NCBI GenBank assembly: GCA_030141605.1
Contig: JAQGDQ010000019.1
Coordinates: forward strand, 124,001-188,000
Length of the DNA stretch: 64,000 nt
Direction: 5' to 3'
Source of the DNA: Tubiluchus corallicola
Lineage: Eukaryota; Animalia; Priapulida
Of this stretch, positions 53,786-64,000 are shown in pieces. Position numbers and translations under genes: made by a program. The notes below the pieces were generated by a model. The model made no database searches and had not been told where the DNA came from. It saw only the letters and a program-made list of their open reading frames with translations. Positions within the stretch are counted from its first letter, which is position 1. Every line of letters starts with the position of its first letter.

Positions 53786-56610
53786 AAATATAAAATTTAA
53801 TGAATATAAAAACTAATAAAGATTCGTTCATACTTCGCTGCTGTTTGGCATGTACCAAACAACTTTCTTATGGCTGCATAACTGAGTAACAGCTGCAGCT
53901 GTTTCAAACAGTTTCCGACAGCTGCACCTTATAAAAACAAGAATACGCTGGTAGACCAGGAATTTATGGGAGAAAGCTGTGTCAGTGGTGCAAGTATGGA
54001 TCAGCCATTGGCACAGAACCGTGTCAATCATGTCGGGCAAAATTAAATATGGGTAAGAAATGCGGACGCATGTTGGCATATTTATCAGCTATTTCCTCAA
54101 AGCCGCCGCCGGCCGTGTCACCTCTTCACGCTTGAAAGCATAGCTGTAACAACATTCGCTGCATACTGATGATGTCGCGACACAGCTAGCCAGCAAAATG
54201 GTGCCCTCATTTTCCTGTTCAACCGCGGGAAGCCGTATACGTGGATGAGAAGAAAAGCAGAATGTTTGAAAAGGCGTTTCGTATGCAGCGAAGGCAAGCT
54301 AGAAAGAAAAAGTGAACATGTGGTTATGAAAGCCTTCAACTTAACGTAGAAATGAGACAGAAATCGAGTGAATGATAATGGAAAGAAACCAAACTATTGT
54401 AATGGAGAGGTACAGCTTCATCATAAACGACAAAAATAGTTTTAATATTTTCCCCATGACAAAATATGATTTTTCGCTGAACAGTAGTTGCAATAAATTC
54501 TCTGCTTCAAAAGCAAAATCCTAATTCCCTGGAGACTTTCGTGAGCATTAAGACATTAATAGTTTAAACCGCCATCTGACTGAATCACCAGTCCCCAGGT
54601 AACAGTGTGCAATGAATAGAATGATCAATGGAAATAATGATGATGCAGTTCAATCACGTCCTCGAGACACCGAGAAGTTCACATCCACAGATTGCTACAC
54701 ACAATTCGTCTTTAACTTAGATGATCGGTGAGTTTAGAAATGTCTCTATACCCCCCTGGGGACAATTTTGAAAAAGCCGTACGACCACAGTATAACAGAG
54801 ACGTATTTTGGACCGTCTTAACAGCTGTTGTAGGCCTTGGGCATTGCAATGCACGCATATACAAAAAATATGCATAATACTTGTTTGAAATAACTGCGAA
54901 AGACAAATATTTATGAACGATTATTCACTTAAATCTCAATGTCAAGATTATCATTAATAATAGTATAAACTTATAAATTTTTATCCACGCGCGGTAGATA
55001 AATGGTACAGATAAAACCGTATTGTTTAAAGGTTCGAGACAGAAGATAATGTGAAAATTAGAGTAAGCAGCTTTGTTCTTCAACTCCTAACTTTAACCAA
55101 CTCCAAATATAATATAACGCACAGAGTCACAAATATCTCAATTTTTTAGGATAGACAGGCGTGTTAGGTATTGAAGTGCACCGTGCAACTGAGGATTTAA
55201 AAAGTTTGGTTCGGGTAGAAATATGAAAATTAGGGCAAACTACTCAATCACACATGAGTGAACCACACTGGGATGAGATACAGTCAAGTAATCACGAGTA
55301 TCGTACACACTGGCTAGTCACACTTGAGAGTAATAATCTACAAGTATTGGCGTACATTCGACTACGTAGGGTCAAGTGTAAACACTGTTACGGTATTAGG
55401 CCCGCGGATTTGAATCTGAGTTCATTCAGTGTTGTGATGCCAAATTTGAAATACATGAAATGTGAAAAGGTTGGGGAACAATCTAGATTTCAAAAACCTA
55501 GTCTATAGCGTCTGCCTTGTAAACAGAAGGAGCATGGTTGAAATCCAAACTGTATCCATATTTTTCAAGTTTGGACAAGTTTGGATTTCATGTCTTTCAA
55601 GTTTGGAATCAAAATTTAATTAATTGTCGATCTGTACCATGATTAACTTGTAAACACGTTTTGCACACTATGTTCTTAAGTGTTTCGAAACAGAATCTTT
55701 GTGACAAAAATCATTAACTTGGAGGAATAGCTGCTAAAATTAATCATCTTTCTATCTTCACGCTTGCATCATATGGAACTGCAACACCATAATAGTCTTA
55801 ACAACGTGATAATGTGAGGCGTTTCTGCAGGCTGGTATCTACCTTAGCAATTCTGAAAGCACAAATCTGATTGCGAAAATGACAAGCTTTCCATAATAAT
55901 AGCAAATCCTATCTCAGGTGCAAATTAACTAATAAATTTGTAACAGGGTATTATGCAGAGCCAGGACGGCAAATGAAGCCATTGTTCATACTCAACAAAG
56001 CTGAGAATCGCCTCCATGATAAGCAAAGATTCACAGCATCCCACAGAGAAAGCTAACCGACATTGTATAGTACCTAATGGTATTTTTATTTTTTACTCCT
56101 ATTTGCTGTACATAAGAGCGCATCAGAAATCGGACCAATTGTCTCTTTCTCTTAAAATTACTGTTCATTTTATACCAAGAGATCACTATTTTGTAAACGA
56201 TTGCTCAACATTTTGCATTTACTATAGGCCCACCTACGAAAAATATACAGAAAACACATATTTATTACTGTGCTCTATATCGTGTTTTGTTGTCAATATT
56301 TTAATTTGAATCTTAACCCACGCATGTTTGCTTAAACAAGAAGTTAAAAATTGCATAATGTTCACACTTTAATCTAATTATCTCACGTTAGGACAGGTGA
56401 GGTCATCAGGCATTCCCTGTAGAGTCAATACTTCTACTTCTCATTCCATATCCCACAACAGAAGAATTTCTGGAGAAAATCTGACGGGGCAAGAATTAAC
56501 TACTTGGCCTAGACAGTAAATACAGCCCTAGGCTGCTTTTACCTATCCACAAGGAGACTCTGACTCTGACCAAGACCATTTCTACTAACAGCTGATTTAC
56601 AGTGCAGAGT

Positions 56611-56676
56611 ATGTGTAATGTATATGTGTATATGTATGTGTATGTGTTTGTGTATGTGTATGTGTATGTGTATGTT
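56611..56676. repeat. (TGTATG)n microsatellite
   Basis: Read directly. Confidence 0.9.
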
Positions 56677-56871
56677 TATACTCATACACAAATTGTATGT
56701 CTAAGTCTATAATACGTGTAAATGATGGCCGGCCAAAGGCCAATTTTAGTCTGAATAAAATAATAAGTACAAATCCAGCTCTATTTTCCAAATTCAATCA
56801 GTCGATAAGGTACAATTGACATCCGAACAATTCTGTTCCACCACTAGCTATTAGAATATGTAAAGATGCAA

Positions 56872-56940
56872 TAGGTCCACTGGGACTCGAACTCCAAAGC
56901 TTCTGAAGCCCGGTGAGCTAATCGTTACGCCACCAAAAGA
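56872..56940 (-). mobile_element. tRNA-derived SINE head (degenerate)
   Basis: The minus strand has A-box-like TGGCGTAACGATTAGC and B-box AGTTCGAGTCC at tRNA-like spacing, with no intact cloverleaf. Confidence 0.5.
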
Positions 56941-59429
56941 CAATTAGCTAAACGTGAAGATAAACGTGAGTAAATATAAATGATTGACCGAATATTTATA
57001 GCTGCAGTTCATTAGTGTGAAGTGTAAACTATACCGCGTTTCTATTAGAGGTTTAAACAATGTAGCGCGCATTATCGCAGCTAGTCTAAAGTTGATACAT
57101 CAGAAAATGTAATAGGGGAAGTGAGAGTGAAACTAGTTAAGTGCTGCTAGAAATACGACAACTACAATCATTCTGCAATGGAAACTTAATGATTGGTTAA
57201 CTGGGAGCTCTTTACGTAGTCTTTCAAAACTCATAAAAATTCAAGGAGCTATAAGGGAAACGAGCCTACGACCGGTTTCATCATTTTGGATGCTTAATAA
57301 GCATGTGATACATTTCTGCCCATATGAGACGGTGAAAAGTGTTGTAAGCAACTTTAATACGCTGTCTCGTTCTGTTGTCTTTAATACAGTATTGACTTGA
57401 TAACGTCAAAATACACTCAAAACTGCTTTAATAATTGTTTAAAAATTAAAATGCTGTCTCTCTGGTTCGTAAAGTTATTCCACCATGCATTGTTTTAAAG
57501 GGATCTTAAAGTCAAGGGTTACTATAAGAGCAGTGGCCTAGCTTTAATTTGAAACTCTATAAACTGCTTCATGACGATTTCAAAGATATCTACTTTCAAG
57601 AATTTAAAGACAAAACCAACTTCTACGATGTGACCACCGTTTAGGCAAAATTATAACCTCGAAGACATAACATAAAACCTACGCTGTATAACTATAATTA
57701 CGTTGCTCTTTACATGATGATGACACTTGAAAGAATTCACGTTGTTTAATATAAAAAAACACAGAAATAACGAAAAACAGGCTATGAAAACAAACCACAG
57801 ATTCTAGTATAGTCTTACAAGTGGTATCACATCAAGCCATAATAATGCAGGCGCACGTATATATAGCAAACACACACCACTTCAGAGTGACACCGGGAAC
57901 TTCACGGCTCAGATTATACAGCCACTCAGCTACCGAATCAATAACCAATGGAGAGACGCTGCAGCTGCTTGCAGGATGAATCCGTTACGGCAGAGACTTT
58001 TAATGTACGCATGTATGGCTTCCAGCGATGCCCCACACCAGCTTAACAAGCCTTCGGTATAACGTGCGGATCCCAGCAAGGCTACGATGTGGTCCTCACA
58101 ATCAAACGAGACAATTATGACGGAACGTTTAAAAAAGACGAATCATATATAAGCATAAACTAAGATGCTTACCAGTATCAGTATGTTACCAATTCACAAA
58201 AAAGGTGCACTACTAAAATTGTAGCCTTGTAGGAAACGATGTTAGCGAAAAAATGAAAAAAAATTGCAAACGCAATTAATTGTAGAACTAGGTAACCCTA
58301 TCTTCTCTAACAATCATTTCATAGCGTGATGTTGGAACCAGTTAATACCAAAATAGCGGTTCGAAAAAAAAATGCGTTTTGAAAAAAATGAAAATTTGCA
58401 ATCCATATCCTGATCATTGTAGTTTGTTCTGCAGGTCCGTCAGTGAGCACACAGTTTACAAAATGAATAAATGCAGATTACTGGTGACCTAACAGGAATG
58501 ATTGAAAACTTTTGGAGGATTCGACCTTTACAGAGACTTGCAGTGGCTAAAATACATTGACTCTGCAGACGCCCTTGGCTAAGTATTCACTAGCTAACAG
58601 AAAGAAATGATTGAAGACTTTCAGAAAATACATCTTTTACGGAAACTTGCTACGTATGCGATGGATTGCCCACCACGCGAGCATTCTCTAGAAGAAAACA
58701 GGTCTAACCCATGATTACACCACGCCGCTACATTCACAAGCTGGGAGAATTTTTCCTTTTAGTGTGCACACAAAACAGCTGGAGCTGCCCTCTGCGTATA
58801 CAAAATGTCATTGGCAGCCAACTTTAATGAGCTTTAGTGCCTAGAAAAGCTGTAAGCTGGATAATGTCGCGAAAAATGTCATTTTAGTCAGTTGTGATTT
58901 CCGGCGCTCGTTTGTGCAGTGTAAAAAGACTTAGCGGCTTTGCAAGTTTTTAGTGTCAAAAACAAATGGAAGTGACGTAGCGGAATAACAACAATGGGCC
59001 CGATTGAAACCCTGCAGTAACTCTGAAATAGTAATTAAAGTTGATACAAATACCTTCTCTGTGGATATGTAAAGACTTTGCAAGTACGGTTATAACTTTC
59101 AAAATAGTTCCTGTTTCTAAAGTAAAACTTAAAACCCAAGACTGCCAACTGCCAAGTTCTGCGCACTAATTACATAACATGGTCCTATGAGCAGCGCTTG
59201 GGTGTCGTCTTTCTTATATCCTATGCGGCATAATTTGCATTTTTCGCATTCTCTGCCCATTCTTATAGCTCTCCGCATTTGTTAGTTACAATTAGCAAAG
59301 TTAGAATATAAGGGTACTTTCGCTGGCGTGGGTGACCGAATCGTAAATGCGACAGATTGCAGAGCTGCGCAAGTGCTCACAGTCCGAGGCGAAAAAGTGC
59401 TTTGTCTTTTTTTCTTTTTGTTGTCGCTC

Positions 59430-59740
59430 AGTCAGTAACTCAGTGAATAATTAAGTCAGTCACAGTTTGTTCGTTAGTCTGTTAAATAATAAGTTAGCCA
59501 CTGTTCAGCTGAGCAGTGGCATGTCTGTCACTCAGCAAGGCAATCATATCAGATAGTCAGTCTATTAGTAACTAAGTTGTGCTTAAGCAAGGAAATAAGT
59601 GAGTCAGCTAGTCAGTCAAATTAGCAAGTCAATCAAATCAACTAGTCAGTCTTTCATGTACGTAATTTATTTAGCAAACCAGGAAATAAGTGAATCAGTA
59701 AATTAGTCAGTCAGCTAGGCAATAAGTCAGTCAATCACAC
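59430..59740. repeat. Degenerate (AGTC)n tract
   Basis: Read directly. Confidence 0.75.
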
Positions 59741-61136
59741 ACATGCGTTCATCGTCGTAATGTCCCACGAAGAACTTTTGCCTATGAAGAATGGTCTCAG
59801 GTCTTAATTCCGGAGAAAAGACATCTTCATCTAAAGTCAGTAAATTCCTGCTAATCATACAAAGTACGCATTGAACCTTAGATATCATTCACGTAACGTA
59901 AAACAACGTTTAACTTAGTGCTGCATCACGTCACCTTGTCAATTCTAATGGCTGAACATCAAAATATGAAACTATGGTTTTATGGTAGGAAATGTAATTG
60001 AATAATTGAAGCCATTCACTCAAGATAATTCTTTGCTTGTAAATCCAGCAAACCAGGTACACATTAACTTAGGGTCGTCTGGGAAACGAAAATCTCCACG
60101 AAGTTCACAGAATCGAAAATGAATCTGGAAAGTAACGTCAGAGCCTCAGAGGTAAAAAGGTCACACAAAAAATTCACAGGAAAAGTCACAAGAAAAAATA
60201 ACAGTAAGATAGTGAACAAAATGTGAATTTCACGTACATCTAATGCTATAATATATAACTAGTGTTGTTAATATGTACAAATCACATATTGTCAGTTAAT
60301 AACTGGTTTAAAATACTTCCTGTTTTATTACTTTAATTGTTTATTACTTAAATAAATTGTGACTGACTTGAATATTTTTGCTTGGTTACCAGACATTTTT
60401 CCTAGCCAAAATGGTGACTTTTTTATCTGTAACTTTTTTACAGACAAAATTGTGATTTTTTTAAGTGACTTGATTTAGCAACCTCGAAAACATGATAGGC
60501 GTAATAAAAAATAGCGAAGAAATTCGTATAAATGTCAGATAAAGGTTTAAGTTGATGGGATAGATCCGATAGAGTATCCAACTCTATACGTGAGCAAAAT
60601 GATACATGGCGGTGTAGCAAACATTGCAGGACAATTAAGCAAACACATCAATGACTAGGCGGTCGTATAGAGTCCGTAAAATCTATTAACTTGTGGACAT
60701 TGCGATACATTAAGCTACCGCCATCAAATATGCTAGTGACACGTATCAATTAAATATTGATGGATTCAGTTAGCTATACAACTAGTATGGCGTCGGCAGC
60801 TTTCGTTCTTATACACTCACTTGGGGTTGTGGTCGTTACATAATTCATGCAACGAACAGCAGTCGAGTGTACCATTCGTCACTGCCATTCAAAGTCACTT
60901 AGTAAAATAACACTCCACCCTGATGGTGCTTTGTCATTGGGTATTAATGGGAGTTACACTTAGCATTGGTCTGGTCGATGTTATTTTGCTGCTACAAGCT
61001 AAACGAAACCTTACAGACGTGTACAGCTATGCACAAATGACAGACGTGTACAACTGTCATCAGTTGCTTCTATTCCATTCAAGCTTCAGATTGTCACTGT
61101 TCTCCCAATATAACTGAATCAAATGACACTCATTGC

Positions 61137-61267
61137 TATCAGCGTAGCTTATAAGTTAATTTCTTCTGCTACGCTCATAGCACTGTAATGTAATGTTAAT
61201 TAGTAAATGTATAACTTGAATTTGTTGTGTTGTGCTAAATTGATGAATAAATAATCTAAATCTAAAA
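61137..61267 (+). mobile_element. Probable LINE/SINE 3' terminus (stem-loop, AATAAA, (TCTAAA)2 tail)
   Basis: An AGCGTAGC...GCTACGCT hairpin is followed by a T-rich tract and GAATAAATAATCTAAATCTAAAA. Confidence 0.45.
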
Positions 61268-61609
61268 TTCGATTTTGCGGCCACGCAGTACTGTTACTTT
61301 TCACTGTTATTCTTATTTTACTAAATTTTTGCCATAGTCCAGACTGTCGTAATGATCGAGAATGAATGCCACGTAAAACTGTAAATTGTGTTCACTGTAT
61401 ATCAAAAATGAATAACACACAATTCTCACTCACTACAGTCACTCAAAAAGTCACAAAATGTTTGGTATTATCGCACTGTATCGATTGATCTTTAGGATCG
61501 AACTGCACTCAGAGTCGTAATTCATCAGTGTCGTTTAATTTCTAATTTTGCGCAACACTGTGGTAAATCGGTCCAGACTGTCATCATTCGCTAATGAAAA
61601 ACAGTAACA

Positions 61610-62460
61610 CCATGGTCACTCATCCAGATGGGCAGACAATTATAAACTTTATAAATACGAAGCGCTAGGTCAATATTATTTTCTAAAACTTAACTTAGAG
61701 CTAATTTTGTCTTGGAGATGTTCCAAAAAAATTGCAAGCTGACTAGAAAATTTTTAACAAAAAATATATGAGAAATTGGAGCTGCATTTTGAGTCTAACA
61801 AGATCATCTGAATATTCTCATAGAATGTGTGTTGCAAATAGAATCAAATAGTTTGAGGCAGTTTAAACAGCACTTCTAAATCTTCAAGCCATTTTTATAT
61901 TGTCGCAACTAAGTCATCACTGGCTGATTTATCTTGCTCACTTGCTCAACAGAAAAGATCCTCTGCGAATTACCATGCTTTTTGCACTGAATGACTATTA
62001 CGATTCTCCATTTAAGAAGTAAGTAAAGAAGCCTTGCAATGCTGATTATGTTCTCTAAAATAACCAGAAAAGATTCATGAAAAATCGTCAAACAATTAGT
62101 AATAATCTCTTTTCAAAACCAATGATACCCAAGAAAATAGGTGTATCGGCCAGCTAGTTTCACTTTCACCATTTAGTGTCATCCATGACTAGCGTGCAGA
62201 CAAAACAAGGTGACCTTAGCCAGAATTGCGTGCTAGCAGCTCCAAGTGGCGAAAAAAGTTCAGGAAGAGCAAATCCATGCTGGTTTCAGCTTCCTCTGCA
62301 AATGGGCAGACACTTATAAATTTCACAAATTCACAAGTGCTAGATAAATATTATTTTATAGAACTTAACCTAGAACTAATTTTATAACGGAAATGCTCCA
62401 AATAAAAATAGTAATCTGTCGGAAATGTTGTTAACAAAAAAGCTGTGAAAAAGCTGAGGG
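61610..62460 (+). repeat. Diverged direct repeat pair (~61610-61780 and ~62285-62460)
   Basis: Both copies contain ATGGGCAGACA.TTATAAA, AATATTATTTT.TA.AACTTAAC.TAGA.CTAATTTT and TTAACAAAAAA. Confidence 0.75.
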
Positions 62461-63639
62461 AAAACACCAATTCCACTTACTTCAAGGGCTAGGTCACTGA
62501 AGACAACATGTGCGCTCTTTTTCCGAAAAAATATGCTTATTATTCTATTCCTATGAACACGTTTATCAAAAATAAATAAGCAACTTTTATTATTATCCAT
62601 AACATTAACTTTTACAGTTGAGTACACAAAAAGTTTGACTCTGACTTACCCAAAACCTCTTGCAAACGTTATAGATTATGTGAACTCGCAACGACGAGTC
62701 ATGTTCTGGCTGTACTTTAGTGTAATTTATAAAACATTAACTAGCACAACTCTGCGGCCTCAAGATATTTCATGTGTTATAGTTATTAACTGCAATTGAT
62801 ACAGTTGGCTGTCGGACAATACTACGATTGTACGCAATATCGCGAATTAGCCCGTTTAATTACCACAGTCTTAGACGTGTTATAGAACTTGCTGAGAAGC
62901 TGTCGATGATAAAATGCTAATAAACATTTTCCTGCGCGAAAGTAAGCATTAGATACATACGAAACTCAACGGGGAAAGGTTTGAAAGTGGCTGTTCCCCC
63001 TTCTCTACAGAATAAATGTATTACCTAATATTCTTATACTGGTCACATATTTATGGCTTATCGTATCATGCTCGTCGTGTATTATGTCAATGTTTTGCAA
63101 CGGAACGCATGTTTTGAATTTGAAAATAGTTTCCTGAAAATGAAAGCCTGCAGTTAAAACAAAACACAACAGTTTTCAATAGCTTAAAATAAAAATACAC
63201 TAAAATTCGCGTAGAAATGCAAGTTATTATGTTAGTTACTATAAGTTAAGAATGTCGTAAAATGAATTTCAAGATCGCTCATATTGAACCGCTCACGCAT
63301 CTAGAACCTTTTATGACATGAGACCTTTTCAGACTGAATCTCCCAAGCCAGCCAATGCAGCAAGGGATTACACCTTTTCCGTTCATTTGGCTTATTTTCC
63401 CCGGTAATTAGAGGCGTCGTTAATTTTCTTCAGTACTTTAATGAGAACATTAACTGAAAGGAACGATCATTATAAGAGGTTTCGAAAATAATTATTCTTC
63501 ATGCGACTTGAAACATTTGTATAGTAACTAATCTGTACTTTTAAATACCTTCACTGTTTCACTTAATTAAATACGACCAGTTAGAGATAGAAAATCATAC
63601 TTTTGCCTTTACACTGATAAATGATTTACTGTGATACTG

Positions 63640-63711
63640 CTGATGATAACGATAATGACGATGACGACGGCGACGACGACGACGACGATGAAGATAGTGG
63701 CGGTGATGACG
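63640..63711. repeat. (GAC/GAT)n trinucleotide tract
   Basis: Read directly. Confidence 0.9.
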
Positions 63712-63892
63712 GTTTATTCTGTGGATTTGGCAAATATTAATATGGCAGCAATATAACAGTATGTTTTTAAATTTTAAAAATTGTTATTTTCATTTGTTTT
63801 CAAAATCAGTTTTAGAAATATCACACGTTACTTTCGACAATTTTGGTTTAAGTTATTGTTATAACGATAATGACTTGATATTAGTCATTTGG

Positions 63893-64000
63893 TTAAGAAT
63901 AACAATAAGAACAAGAATAAGACCTTATTTTTTGCGTGACGCATTATAAATAGTTTCAGAATGTATCCACGTAAAAACAAATTCTTTTTCTTATTCTTAT
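63893..64000. repeat. Imperfect palindrome running off the window end
   Basis: ATAAGAACAAGAAT and TTTTTGCGTGACGCATT mirror AATGTATCCACGTAAAAA and ATTCTTTTTCTTATTCTTAT. Confidence 0.6.

Noticed and set aside
57960-58165. Possible stop-codon reassignment suggested by a protein-like frame interrupted by TAA
   Set aside because: The 332-codon ORF contains no internal stops under the standard code and nothing else supports recoding.
60384-60484. GGTTACCAGA...TTAGCAACC possible MITE termini
   Set aside because: The terminal match is too short and mismatched, with no clear target-site duplication.

Overview
AT-rich animal (probably invertebrate) nuclear DNA, mostly intronic or intergenic. It has no operons or CRISPR arrays, and nearly all short ORFs in the track are noise or translated microsatellites. 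The one clear host coding block is the 332-codon minus-strand ORF (8691-9689). Its apparent stop sits inside a perfect splice donor (CAT TG|GTAAGT), so it is more likely a ~1 kb first coding exon than a complete gene. A second GC-rich, ATG-led, phase-2 exon candidate 42 kb upstream (51391-51523, ...SGRAGRRHTLA) suggests alternative N-termini. Repeats include a near full-length but dead Rex1/Babar LINE, three RTE-X-like fragments (one embedded in a (GA)n tract), a CR1/L2-group fragment, a 2.6 kb Harbinger-like element with long TIRs and TAA duplications, two tRNA-derived units, several palindromes and many microsatellites. All alignments, exon calls and family assignments were made by eye. I found no convincing wholly new biological system.
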